A DNA stretch of 64,000 bases, from NCBI GenBank assembly GCA_010093745.1, contig MU005987.1:124001-188000 (forward strand). The letters run 5' to 3'. Below, in pieces: positions 44,868 to 58,944 of this stretch. The position numbers and the translations under genes were made by a program. The DNA is from Piedraia hortae CBS 480.64. Lineage: Eukaryota. The notes under the pieces are model-generated. The model ran no database searches, was not told the DNA's origin, and saw only the letters and a list, made by a program, of their open reading frames with translations. Position 1 is the first letter of the stretch; each line of letters opens with the position of its first letter.

Positions 44868-46577
44868 ATGAAAGAAGACTTTGCTCGGCTGAATATTGGT
44901 CAGCACGCCAAGGACCGACCCCATGCATCACGCCAGCGATATTCGTCCCCCCATGATTCAAATCAGCATCACTCTAACAATAAGCATACAGGCCTTCACG
45001 TAGGCAGACAAGGCAATGCATCAGCGCGACCTTCGGGGGGGCCTGTGCAGCCACAGCAGTACAGCCAGCAAGGGAATGACGAGCACTGGCATCGACGCCG
45101 GTCTCAAATGCCGCATCAGCAGCAGATCCGTCAACAAATGGATCCAAATTCGTTTGTACGAAACGTCCCTGCCCCTTCACGACTGCACTCAACCCCGCGA
45201 GGTCCTCCTTCCATGGCTAGAATGCGCCAAATCCAATATCTAGATCGCGTTGCTGCTGTGGAAATTCCTGCTGTAGCTATGAGCGCAGATGAGAGAGACG
45301 AAAAAGAAATGCTTCGCGCATCCCTTGAAGGCATTATTCAACAAGTTTGTTCCGCTCATCCAAAGAGTCTCCCCCCAGTTTATCTCCAGTGTTTTGGTAG
45401 TTTTGTATCCGGATTTGCCACGGCCGGTTCCGATATGGATCTAGTTACTGTTCTGCCAGATGGTGATCCGCACCATGCATGTTTTTCTCTCATGGAGAAC
45501 GATCTGCCACGGGTACTCGAAAAACGCCTCCTCGAATTGGGCTACGGTGCAAGGCTGCTGACCCGCACTCGCGTTCCGATCATCAAAGTCTGTGAGAAGC
45601 CTGGTGAAGTTCTTCTTGGTAAGCTGCGAGAAGAGCGTGAGAGATGGGATGTATTGCCCGATGAAGAAAAGTACCCGCATCTGCATCCGCTATCACCTGA
45701 TGTCAACGTCCAGGCTGAGCAAGGTAATGATGCCAACCCTGCAGCTGGTCAAGAACGCAAGCTCAAAGTTCGACTGGAAGCAAAGCCATTCACTCGTGAG
45801 CGTAAGGCTGGCCCTTTAGAATTTGTGGGAAACGTTGGCATCCAATGTGATGTAAATTTCTTCAATCCACTTGCAATTCACAATACTCAACTTTTGAAAT
45901 GCTACTCGGCCTGTGATGCGCGCGTAAAACCAATGGTGCTGTTTATCAAGGCATGGGCGAAGCGTCGCAAAATAAACAGCTCCTACTCTGGAACACTATC
46001 CAGTTATGGTTATGTTCTCATGGTTCTGCACTATCTAATAAACATTGCCAATCCTCCAGTTCTACACAACTTGCAGGGGCCATGGCGTCCTTCGATGCCG
46101 TGCACTCCACCCGGGGCTACACGGGTCATTGTTGACGGATGGCCAGTCGACTTCTGGAGCAATGAAGTTGAAATCGCGTGGGCTGCACAGAACAAGATGA
46201 TGACAACAAACACTGAGCCACTCGGGTCACTGTTGACCGGATTCTTCGACTACTTTTCGTCACAAAATGGCTCGTTGCGGTACAATTGGATGCAAGACGT
46301 CATCTCATTACGCACCCACGGGGGCATACTACGCAAGGATAAAAAGGGCTGGACCAAAGCCGTCACAGAAGAAAGCAATAACAGGAAAGTGCATCACCGT
46401 TATCTTCTTTGCATTGAAGACCCATTTGAGCTTACCCACAACGTTGCTCGAACAGTTACACACTATGGCATTGTCGCTATCAGGGATGAATTTCGAAGAG
46501 CTGCAAGAATATTGCACAACGTCGGCCAAAATCGACCATGTATTGATGGTGAGCTTTTAGCGCAAATGGTGGAATAA
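44868..46577 (+). CDS. Cid1-family non-canonical poly(A)/poly(U) polymerase (TUTase, CutA-like)
   Basis: FGSFVSGFATAGSDMDL (GS..DxD), RTRVPIIK, IQCDVNF (third Asp), GTLSSYGY, PAP-associated IEDPFELTHNVARTV. Confidence 0.9.
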   Translation: MKEDFARLNIGQHAKDRPHASRQRYSSPHDSNQHHSNNKHTGLHVGRQGNASARPSGGPVQPQQYSQQGNDEHWHRRRSQMPHQQQIRQQMDPNSFVRNVPAPSRLHSTPRGPPSMARMRQIQYLDRVAAVEIPAVAMSADERDEKEMLRASLEGIIQQVCSAHPKSLPPVYLQCFGSFVSGFATAGSDMDLVTVLPDGDPHHACFSLMENDLPRVLEKRLLELGYGARLLTRTRVPIIKVCEKPGEVLLGKLREERERWDVLPDEEKYPHLHPLSPDVNVQAEQGNDANPAAGQERKLKVRLEAKPFTRERKAGPLEFVGNVGIQCDVNFFNPLAIHNTQLLKCYSACDARVKPMVLFIKAWAKRRKINSSYSGTLSSYGYVLMVLHYLINIANPPVLHNLQGPWRPSMPCTPPGATRVIVDGWPVDFWSNEVEIAWAAQNKMMTTNTEPLGSLLTGFFDYFSSQNGSLRYNWMQDVISLRTHGGILRKDKKGWTKAVTEESNNRKVHHRYLLCIEDPFELTHNVARTVTHYGIVAIRDEFRRAARILHNVGQNRPCIDGELLAQMVE

Positions 46578-47223
46578 TCCGAGCAAGAAACGAATCCGTC
46601 TATCTATCCCACAGCACGTATTCCGGTAAATTTGTCTCATGTTCAGGAAGCGGGTGGTATGTTTGAGAATTCACCGTGCAGTCCCACTAGCCATCGAAAT
46701 CAATCGGTTGGAGGCCACAGTGATGCACAAAGCCAGAACCAAAGTGCCTTAAAATCCCCTGCGCAAGCAACAGATGAGAATTCGACGCCATATCGCAAGG
46801 CCGATCGTGCTCAAGTAGCACGGAATCCAGCCAATATTGCGCAGTCCTTTGACCCAAGTTCCAACGGCGTGAGTGCAAGATATATGAGCAAGGTCATTGT
46901 GAACGTTCCCAAGGTGGAACCAGGTCAGCATACGCCGCACAGCCATGAGGATGCTTCTTCCAAATTGCCAATTGCCAAAAGACCCTGGTGCTCATAGCTA
47001 GTAATGAAGAGGAAAGAATGAGTAGGTCGACGACCAAGGTCATGTGGAATTCCACAAACATCTGTGCGCCCAGTAATCAATCAATGTGACTTCACGGCAC
47101 TGGTTTCGAATACCAAAAAAAGAGCTGTTGCTGGCTCAATCAGGAAGACGATACTGTATAAACACAGGGATTGTACGCATCATTATCATAGAAAGAATGG
47201 TGCACAACAGTGACACAGAAATT

Positions 47224-48504
47224 CTATACAATTTCCACTATCTGATCGTCTTCATCTTCTTCCACCTCTTGCACCTGAGGTTTAACCTGTGCTTGGTTAT
47301 TGCTGCTTGACATCTCCCCTCTCATCAGCATTTGTACTAGTCGATCACAAAGGTCCCGAACGTCATCGTCTTTTACTTGCAGATGCAGTTCCCGAAGTAT
47401 GGGATACACTTTGACATTGCGCAACTTGTCCCTTCCCTCTCGCGTTGTGCACAAGATAAGCAATGTCTCCAAATGGGTGCAGATGATATCAGGCTCGCTC
47501 TCCCGTTGCTTGTCGGGATCCAGTAGCTGCACTTCATCTAACATGCCTTCTGTGTCTTCCTCGCTGTAGTCCTCGTTACCCATTAGTGGCAGAAGGATGT
47601 AGGGTAACAGGTTGACGCCTCGTGGTGACAAAAATTCTGCATGACTGGAAATATTGAATGAGACATTCTTGATGGTGTTGGCCACGCCCCGTCTTCGAAT
47701 GGTTGACTTGTGTTCCGTGAATACGATAAGCTTTGTAAGTGGGACGACATCGTCGTCTCCACTTTTGAGAAAGTGTTTCTGTCCTTCATCGTGCTTGGCG
47801 AGATCTGCGAATAGGTAGGAAAGGTAGTTGTAGCCGGCGTTCTTGTTATATTTGCCATCTGCGCCTTTGACGAAACAGTCTAGCAACTGATCAATGGCGA
47901 GTGGGGATGAGGAAAGTGATTTTGGCACTTCGCGCTTCAAGCTAAGCAATTTGATCATCGCTTCGGATTTGGATAGGTTAGCGAGTAACATGCATATATC
48001 GTCTGCATTTGGCTCTTTTGCATCCTGTGAACAAAGGTTAGCTATCCTAGATTATGAAGTATTGCGCAGCCATACCACCACTCGCCGCAGAATGGATTCT
48101 AAAAAGGCATCGTCAGTTGCGAGATTTTCCAGCACTTCGCCATCTTCTGAGGTGTTGATCAAAATTGTAATCGCATTCTTTGCAATAGGCGCGTAGTCCT
48201 TCACCAGAAGCTTGAGGTCTTTTACAGGCTCTAGCTGATTTCTTTTGAATAGTGCTGGTTGCTGTGTAGAGTAGCCAACCAAATTTTCGGCCGCTGTTCG
48301 GGTAAGCATTTCGAAAACATAATATGCTGATGTTTCCTACCAATTTGACGTATTTGAGTGTTTCCACTTTCCTTAGTTAGCAACTAAATTGCTCTCGGAT
48401 GCAAACAATTCTCACTGATGGAGGAACTCGACTAGCTATTCGATGAGTTAGGCTGTCATTACAAAGGGGCATTTTTATCACACCTCTTCAAGCTCGGTGG
48501 GCAT
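47224..48504 (-). CDS. HGH1: Hgh1/FAM203 eEF2 chaperone; exons 48504-48484, 48435-48416, 48366-48341, 48293-48076, 48024-47224
   Basis: Spliced MPTELEELVEFLHHGNTQIRQIAAENLVGYS..CMLLANL..RRRGVANTIKNVSF..LLPYILLPL..LDPDKQRE..LCTTREGRDKLR..VYPILRELH. Confidence 0.9.
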
Positions 48505-48779
48505 TTCGATGATAATACAGATTCGTTCAGCCAAAACCCTGAACTGCGAAAGCAAATAGCTGTGTACTAATGCGGCCCGATCCGGTGGCACCGCATCTGA
48601 AGACTGTGTGTGCACACATTCACTCCACGCTTTTATTTTTACATCACAACAATTCAAGACATCAACTGAGCGTGGGGAAGCGACAGCCCGGTAGGCAAGA
48701 GTCCAGGAACATGCATGCTAGAGGAAGAGCGTACGCGGGAGACAGTATCTGCTTCTCATAAGTTCCGATTTCACAATTG

Positions 48780-50700
48780 TTGATCTGCAAGGACTACAAG
48801 ACTAAAACTTCAGAGTCACTTCCAGCGAGTGAGCAAGCGTGCCTTGTGGCCCATCAAGCAAGCCATCTTGAGCATATTGCCACGCTGGACAACATCGCAC
48901 TACCGCGGGAGGATATCAATTATCCCGAGCCAAACGATCTTCCAGCGGAGCACTAAGGTATCAACTACCTCGGGCTTCAAGTGCACCAGTAAGCTCGAGG
49001 ACGGGACAGACTGCGGAGAAATCTTCATGTAGAAGCAGAGGTAAGCCAAGCATGCTGCTGCACTGGTGCACACTGTCTAGCAACCTGACCGCGGTGAAAG
49101 TCGGCACCGCCTGCCAGGCACCAACGGCAAGGCGTGCCCATCCAGCGTTTCTTTACTTATGGCACGAGGACTTGGCTTGAGATCAACCCAAGCCGTCAAG
49201 GTGCCGTTGTTGCCTGCCAGCCGCGAGCAATGCTATTGAGGACTGGCTTCGCGAAGAAGATGCGACAGACAAAATGACAGAAGCATTTGATGGCCGAGCA
49301 TCATGCCACGGCGCAGGGGATGGATGACCTCCAGGCTGTGATTCCTTGGGTTAGGCACCTTGGGCTAGACGCAGTCCTGGGCCGCATCAACAAGGACAAG
49401 TTGGACGAGTTGGACCAGCCGCCAGTGGACGACACGTTGGGGGTGATTGCCGAGGCCTTCGAAAGGCTGATGAGGCATACTCTCCACCGGTGCCGTCCAG
49501 GACCACATTGCCGGCTGGGGTTCATGGCACTGAAGGAGGTGCCCCTCTTGAAGAGACGAGAAGCGGGGTGCGGAGGATAATTTCTTCCGCCTCAAGAAGA
49601 GCTCGGATAAAATCAGGCGCTACCTTGGGTACCTCAAGTGCTTCTTGTCGTTTTCTCCTCGTTTGTGGAAACGGGCGAGCCAACTATGCCAAAACTAGAG
49701 GACGTAATTGTCACTACAGACGACCAGCGACTCAAATACACTGCAATGTTGGACAAGGCCAGCGTCGAGAATCCAAACGAGGCCAGCCTTGAGAGGAGCA
49801 TTCTGCGTTTCTTTCTGAGCATCCTCTGTCACGACGTCGGGGCCAGGCCGTTCAAGTCCGCCCTAGTCTCGTACACCACTTTACATGCAGTTGGAAAGGC
49901 TGGGTGGCCTGGGAAGAGGGCCGAAACTTTACAAGCATCCTGTCCGGCTTCATCTGGGCGGTGCAGTTATTGACCTGTGCCGTGGTGTTCTGACAGACAG
50001 AAGACGAAGCCGACAGACAAGGCCGGATAATGGGAGTGTTTTTGCTCATGATACCCTACCCAGGGCCCGTCGACGCCGATGTCATCCATCTTGCGTTGGA
50101 GGTCCCATATTCGGGCAGCGACCCGGTCGGGCATAAGCACGAACGAGGCGGTGTGAAATGCCGAACAGACCGTGGTGACCTACAAAGACATCCGGATATC
50201 AATGGATGAGATATAGCAGTTTATCAAGACACTATGCGACAAGGCCAGCTCCATCCTGTACCAGGAGCTGATGTTCATCGTACACCTCCCTCGCATCCAA
50301 GCCGGCTCACTCCACGACGACATGTCGAATCGCGAGGTAGACTGGAGCTTCAATTTGGACCACCAAAACCAGACCGTACTTGGCAGCACGGGAAGAGCAC
50401 TCCGCCTGACGGTGGCCAGCACCGAGGGCCTGCGCCTTGAGTGGCTGAGCCGCTCCGCTGCTGGCGCATACAGAATCAAGAGCACCGTCGCCGCCAAGTA
50501 CGAGGTGGTCTGCCAGGAGTTCTTGTCCGCGTTGGTACCGTTCATTAACGTCAGTGCCGGGCAGCCGTTGCCCACAAGGGCCAAACGGTCACAGAATGGC
50601 ACAAAGGTCAACCTTCGTTTTCTGTCCGAGCCGATCGGAGACCTGCTATTAGACTATTTGTCTTACGTCGTTTCCTGGAGCGTCTCTTGTATGCGATCAG
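48780..50700 (+). pseudogene. Decayed DUF3505(OrsD)/telomere-linked RecQ-helicase-associated element gene (N-terminal and central part)
   Basis: Ordered fragments LLICKDY..LQSHF, GFKC..C, PIQRFF, IPWVRHLG, PFKSALVSY, FINVSAGQP, NLRFLSEPIGDLLLDYLSYV across several frames with stops. No helicase motifs seen. Confidence 0.55.
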
Positions 50701-51266
50701 GCGAGCCGCAGATGCAGCCCCATCCAGGTTTACGAAGAGTTGATTCGATTTTCTGATTGGTTAGATTTGTTTTCACTCTTTGTTGAGGGTTATATGCCGG
50801 GAGCTAAAGGGCTAGCTACTCGTAGCTGCCTCAAATAGGAGTTAAAATTCAATAACCAGCACCATCTATCCAATCTACCTCTGAAAACGAGTATATTGCC
50901 GACATAGTACCCCTTGACAAGTAGCTTGACTGCCTCGCATTAAGTCAAATCGCGGTGACTGACACGAGCGATGCACTTCATCGTTGAAAATGTACTTTGC
51001 CTATCTACGTCCAGTTCTTCTCGTTTGATTTATTCCATTCACCTCAGTGCACTGCATTTGCTACCCTCCCCGGTAACACAATGATCTGACGAGCACTCTT
51101 GGCGTTTCGAACGTCACGAGGCGCATGAATCCGAACCGGGATTAGTGTAACACGCTTGATTGGCCACAGTCCGGGGAACCTTGACCGCCACGCGACCGCA
51201 GTCTTCAGGAAATAGAAAGATCGTCAGTCTAGAGAATCGCTCGACGCAAACAACGAACTCGCAGAA

Positions 51267-54200
51267 ATGTTCCAGGTAATGCCTTTGATCGTCTCTCACA
51301 GCTTAGCTAAAGACGACATAGCGCCTGAAAGGCTTTAATCTGGACTCCTTCCTCGACAGCAAGATTGCAGAAGAACAAGCCAACCAAAGGAGCAAATCGG
51401 GGTCACCGTCGCGCGCTCCCAGTCGACGACCTCAAGGCACTTCAAGAGGCTCACCGGCGCGAAGACCAGCCAATGGACGACGGGCGCCAGGTGCCAAAAG
51501 CCCCGATCCCGAGGAATTCGTGATTGGCGACGATGTGTCGGATATTTCAAGAGCGGGCACGCCGCGACCGGGCAGGGAAAATAGTGAAGGCTCAGAAGCG
51601 GCCGTAAAAGGCGGCTCGAATGCGACCGAGGACGCCGGCTCGGAGAAGGCGGTGGACAAAGCCAACGAAGAGGAGCTGCCGGAGCATGTGCGCAAGAGCC
51701 TTGCCAGGTTGGACATGCTGACCGCCAAGTATCAAGGTATGTCCTGCAAGATTCCATCGATCTTGGCCTGACCTGTGCAGACCTTTTGCGAAACTACCGG
51801 GCAGCTCACGCTCGTGTCGCTGCTATAGAACCGTTTGAGGCAACGCTGCGTGAACATACGCCTCTGATATCCATCTCTGATCCCACTGCTTTGGTGGAGT
51901 TTTTGAACCAGCGCAGCTTGCAGAGTGACATGGTTCTTGAAGAGCTAAAGCGTGTTAGTGGCGAGCGTCAGGATATAATCAAGGAGAGGGACAGTCTCAA
52001 GGCCCAATTGGAGGAGACCAGACAAATTCATGCGAAACGCCATTCCACTGATGACTCTGATCCCTTGGGAGTGAACGACGCAAAGATAAAGCCTTCCCGG
52101 GGCGCTGCTGAAGATGGGGATTCCTTCACTGAGCAGGCCAAAACCCACGAGGAAGAACTGCGCCAGCAATCTGAGGAAGTTAAGCGTCAACAGCAAAAGC
52201 TTGAGGGACTCGAGGAAGAAAACGAATTATTGAAAACAACCCTGTCGACGGCCCAGAACAAGGCAGAAGACGTCCAGGAGAAGCTCACCAGCGCCCGATC
52301 ACAAATCAAGGAGTTAGAAAACAAGCTAGATTCGGCAATGCAAGCGCAACGGTCGGCGGAAAAGGCTGAGCTGGAAGCGAAAGAAAGTCAGGGCCAACTG
52401 GTTGCTCTGCACGATTCGTTCAAGCAGCTACAACAGGAAAAGGGGAAAATCGTGCAGGACCTAAAAGATGCCGGAGAAAGCATCAAGAACCTTCAGTACC
52501 AAAATCAGCAGGCGAAAGAGCAGAATAACCGACTCAAGGCGATTGAGCCCGAGTATGAAGCTGCCAAGGCCAAGTTGAGCGAGATGGAGAAGCAAGCTTC
52601 CAAAAGCCAGCAGGAAAGCTCTGGAACGGAAGACTTGCGCAGTCAGCTGGAGCAGGCCAAGAGAGACTGCGACGCTGCCTATCAACTAATTGTTGAATGC
52701 GTATCGTCGGCAAAACTAAAAGAGAATGCGCCAAGCGATACTGCTGCAGCACCGTCACCCGTCAATACTGAACCCTCGACAGGCGACGCCGTCAAGAAAA
52801 GCAAGAACCAAAAGAGAAAGGCAAAGGCCAAAAAGAACGCTGGCAAAATAAATGCACCATCACCTGCCAGCGGAATCTCTTTGGATGAAGTAATTGCACA
52901 ACCCGAGAAAGCCAGGGAATTTGTCAATTCGGCAGACCCGCAAACAATGCTGCAATTTGTCGCTCGATCTTTCGAGGCCGCTCGGCCGCAGAAGGACCCC
53001 AGCAGCGGGGTCCAACAGCGGATCGTAGCATTGGAAGGGGAAATCGGTACTCTAAAAGCGGAGCTCGGCAAGAAAGAGGAAGCAGTTGAGAGATTGGACA
53101 AAAAGGTCAAGGACGAAGAGGCTTTGCGTCATGACCTTGAGAACATGCAGGATGAAGTCGTCGAGTTAGGCCAACAAGCAACTGACGCCAAGCATGAGCT
53201 CAAATCTGTCAGACAGCAGAAGGAAGAGTTCCAGCAGAAGCTTGAGAAAGCCCAAGGCGAGGAAGAGAAAGTCCGGAAAGCTTTGCACGAGGTCACGACT
53301 GAGCGTGATCGGTTGGCCGAGCGTTGCAAGTCTTTGGAGGCAGAATTGATCGACTTGAAATCTAAAAATGGTGCCGAGTCCAACGAAGAGTACCAGAAGC
53401 TCAATGCCGAGTTTACGCAACTCCGGAGCAGGTCTGGTGCACTTGAAAAAGACCTTGCAGCCGCAAATGGCCTTGCTCAAGCCAGATTCAAGGATTTGAC
53501 CCATGTACGTGAGCAACTGGAGAAGGTTCAGGCGGAATTGAAAAGATTGCGATCAGAAGCGACAGAGCTGAAGACAGCAAAGGCCGATGCAGCAGAGGCC
53601 AGAGACAGAGTGGCAGCCATGGAGGCAACTGCGGAGCAGCTGAAGTCACAAATTACTACTTACAAATCTCAATGCGCAGGCAAGGATGAGCAGATTGCTG
53701 GTCTTAATGCACAGATCCAAAGGAGCGAAGAGCGGGGCACCGCACTTCAAGATTCCATGGACAACATGCGGATCCACTTGGAGGAAACTCAGACCAAACG
53801 AGACGAGGCTGTCGAGGGCCGCGAGCGCTTACAGACCGAGCTTGACGGTGTGCATGGGGAACTGAACAAGGCAAAGTCTAGCCTAGACGAGCTGGAGACT
53901 CGAGTAGTGAAGCTCGATTATGAAGCTCAGAGTCTACGAGATGAGCTGAAAGCGAAGAGCGCACAGCAACAAAAGACCAAGTCTATGGCGGACGGAATGC
54001 AGGAACAGTCCCGTGAGCTGGCTGCGCAGATGAGAGAGATCCGAGAACGCAACGAAAGCCTCGAGGAGGAGCTTGCGGATGCTCACAGGCTGCTTTCCGC
54101 CCGTGGGCGCGAAGGCGAGACGATGCGTAGGATGCTAGCTGAAGTTGAGGGGCAGGCTGAGGCCAAAATCAAGGAGATGCGTGGGCGTATGGACCTCGCC

Positions 54201-54925
54201 ATCGAGGAGCGGGATCGTGCCGAAGACGAGGCAAGCAACATGGGGCGGAAGAAAGCCAGAGAAATGGAGGAGCTAAGAGGAAAGCTAAAGGAGGCAGAGC
54301 GACAGGCAAGCCGGGCATTAGAAGCCCGAGACGCTGCAGAACATGGCGAGCGTGAGTTCAAGGAGAAGCAGGCCCAACTCGAAGGCCGGGCAGCTCAGGC
54401 TCAAGACGAATTGGCACAAGTGCGTTCAACAATGCGCCAGCTACAAAGCAGTTTGGACGAGGCCGAGTCGCAGTCGCGGGAAATTAGCAAAGAACGAGCC
54501 AGCCTCCGCAAATCTCTCGAGGAGAAGGAGAAGCGGCTGGAGAAGCTCCAAAAGTCTAGCCGTGTTATGGCTGATGAGCTAAAGACCCTTCAGGCGGCGA
54601 GCAAGGCACGCCCAAGTTTTGCACAATCGCCTCGCTCTTCCATGGAAACGGTAATCTCCCCGCGAGTTGCCTCACCGGCGCCAAGGGGCGGGAACCGGTC
54701 GGTTACCTCGACAGAAAACGTCGACTTTGTCTACCTCAAAAACGTGCTGCTGCAGTTTCTTGAGCAAAAGGAGAAGAAACACCAAATGCAGCTGGTCCCT
54801 GTATTGGGCATGTTGTTGCACTTTGATAGGTGAGTTACAGGACGGGCAGATGAGCAAATCAGGGCTGACAGAATACATGTAGACAAGACCGGCAAAAGTG
54901 GGAGGCCGCTATTTCGGCTAGATGA
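51267..54925 (+). CDS. IMH1: GRIP-domain coiled-coil golgin; exons 51267-51275, 51322-51736, 51781-54829, 54883-54925
   Basis: MFQ/RLKGFNLDSFLDSKIAEEQA start, about 1000-aa coiled coil, GRIP motif VDFVYLKNVLLQFLEQKEKKHQMQLVPVLGMLLHFD. Confidence 0.88.
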
Positions 54926-55490
54926 TTATTACAACGGCTTTTGGCAGAAACAACGGCCTGGCCACGGTCAGTAGGGTCTTTAGGGCTGGGCCTGCAGTGG
55001 CGCATGTCAGGGAGTGTTGGGCACTAAAGCTTCACAAGCGCGCATCAAATCATGTAAGATTACAAGTGCGGGCGGTGGTGACGGGCATGGTGTGTGGCGC
55101 GACTAATCACGGCGGGCTGCTCAACACTAGGCATGCTTTGGCAGGACACAAATCAAAACGACAGATGGACTGGTCGGCCTATGTAGATGTAAAGCGGACT
55201 GTGTAGAATAGCTGCTGCAGACAAGCCTGTACCCCCAGCCACTCCCGTCATCAATCTTGCTTCGATTGTGAGTGAGGTTCGACGCCCCCGCCAACCAATC
55301 CGCCACGGCCAAGCACCTGACTGGTTCCCAGCAACACCGCTTTCCGGATTCCGCCGCGCGTGCCACACCCACGGCCGCGTCGCCTCGCCATCTTTCTCTA
55401 TCTCCCGTCGCCTTCACATGCGCTGGGTCTTGTCACACTCGACCACCAGGCCCCCGGACATCGCAGCCGCCGGCGGAGCGCAGTGACACC

Positions 55491-57576
<2,086 letters not shown>

Positions 57577-57740
57577 ATGACTGTGTACGACGCCATGGTA
57601 AATACATATCCTTTCTTTCACCTAATTGTGCCCGACGGTGTGACATCTAGATGATGAACAGGACACATCATGTTTTCACAATCTCGGAGGAATTCCGCTG
57701 TCTAGCCGGGAGTGACGTCGCATGCGGCCCGTGCGCCAGT

Positions 57741-57750
57741 ATCATACGAT
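57741..57750 (+). promoter_or_regulatory. Putative SREBP (SrbA/Sre1) sterol regulatory element upstream of ERG25
   Basis: ATCATACGAT about 60 nt upstream of the ERG25 ATG, fitting the ATCRKRYSAT-type motif I recall for fungal SREBPs. Confidence 0.5.
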
Positions 57751-57811
57751 CTTTTGGTCAATCGGCAGCGACCATACTTTGCTCGTTCTCGCCCCTGATT
57801 CCTTCTTCAAC

Positions 57812-58800
57812 ATGGCTTCCTACGCCACCGGCGTCAACCAAACCTATGGCGCCATTGCTGATGCCATGCTCCCACACACAAACAATACTTATTGGCACGA
57901 GTTTCATGAAATCTCAAAAACAAACACTCAGCTAAACTATGTCGAACGACTGTGGGCTGCTTGGTATGCCTACATTGGCAACGATGTATTGGCAACTGGC
58001 ATTATGAGTTTCCTGATGCACGAGCTGGTTTACTTTGGGAGGAGTTTGCCGTGGGTTATAATCGATGCTTTGCCCTTCTTCAACAAGTACAAAATCCAGA
58101 ATGTACGTGTTTACCAAGATCACAATCAGCTTTTTGATGCTAACGTCAACAGAACAAAATCCCTTCCACCAAGGAACAGCTGCAATGCGCGAAGCTGGTC
58201 CTGCTGAGCCACTTTACAGTTGAGCTCCCGCAGATCTGGCTATTTCACCCAATGGCTCAGTTCTGCGGCCTGCAAACAAGTGTACCCTTTCCGTCCATCT
58301 GGACCATGGCTTACCAAATCGCCATCTTTTTCGTCATGGAAGACACATGGCATTACTGGTCGCACCGCGCCCTGCACTGGGGTCCATTGTACAAGAACAT
58401 TCACAAAATACATCACCAGTACTCTGCTCCATTTGGAATGGCAGCCGAGTATGCATCGCCAATTGAGGTCATGATTCTGGGTCTTGGCACTGTTGGGTCA
58501 CCCATCTTGTGGTGTGCGTTGACGGGCAATCTGCACATTCTGACCATGTACGTTTGGATCACGTTGCGCCTGTTTCAAGCTATCGATGCCCACTCGGGCT
58601 ATGAGTTCCCCTGGAGCTTGCACCACTTTCTTCCCTTTTGGGCTGGAGCGGATCATCACGACACGCACCACGAGAAGTTTATCGGCAACTACTCGAGCTC
58701 TTTCCGCTGGTGGGACTACTTTTTGGACACGGAAAGTGGGGCAGATGCTGCCCAACGGCGACGTGAAAAGAAGATGGCGAAGCAGCAGAAGCAGCAGTAA
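57812..58800 (+). CDS. ERG25: C-4 methylsterol oxidase; exons 57812-58102, 58153-58800
   Basis: [22 protein letters not shown], His boxes HYWSHR, HKIHH and [18 protein letters not shown]; intron 58103-58152. Confidence 0.96.
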
Positions 58801-58944
58801 TAATTGGCCTGACCGTTTACCCGAAGTGGTAAAGGAAACTACTAGCCTAGTTTTAGAACCCTGCAAACTTGTAACACACTGATGATGTAATCAATGCGCC
58901 TCTCACCTTTTTGATTCCACTTGATGCTGCATGCAGTTGGAACG

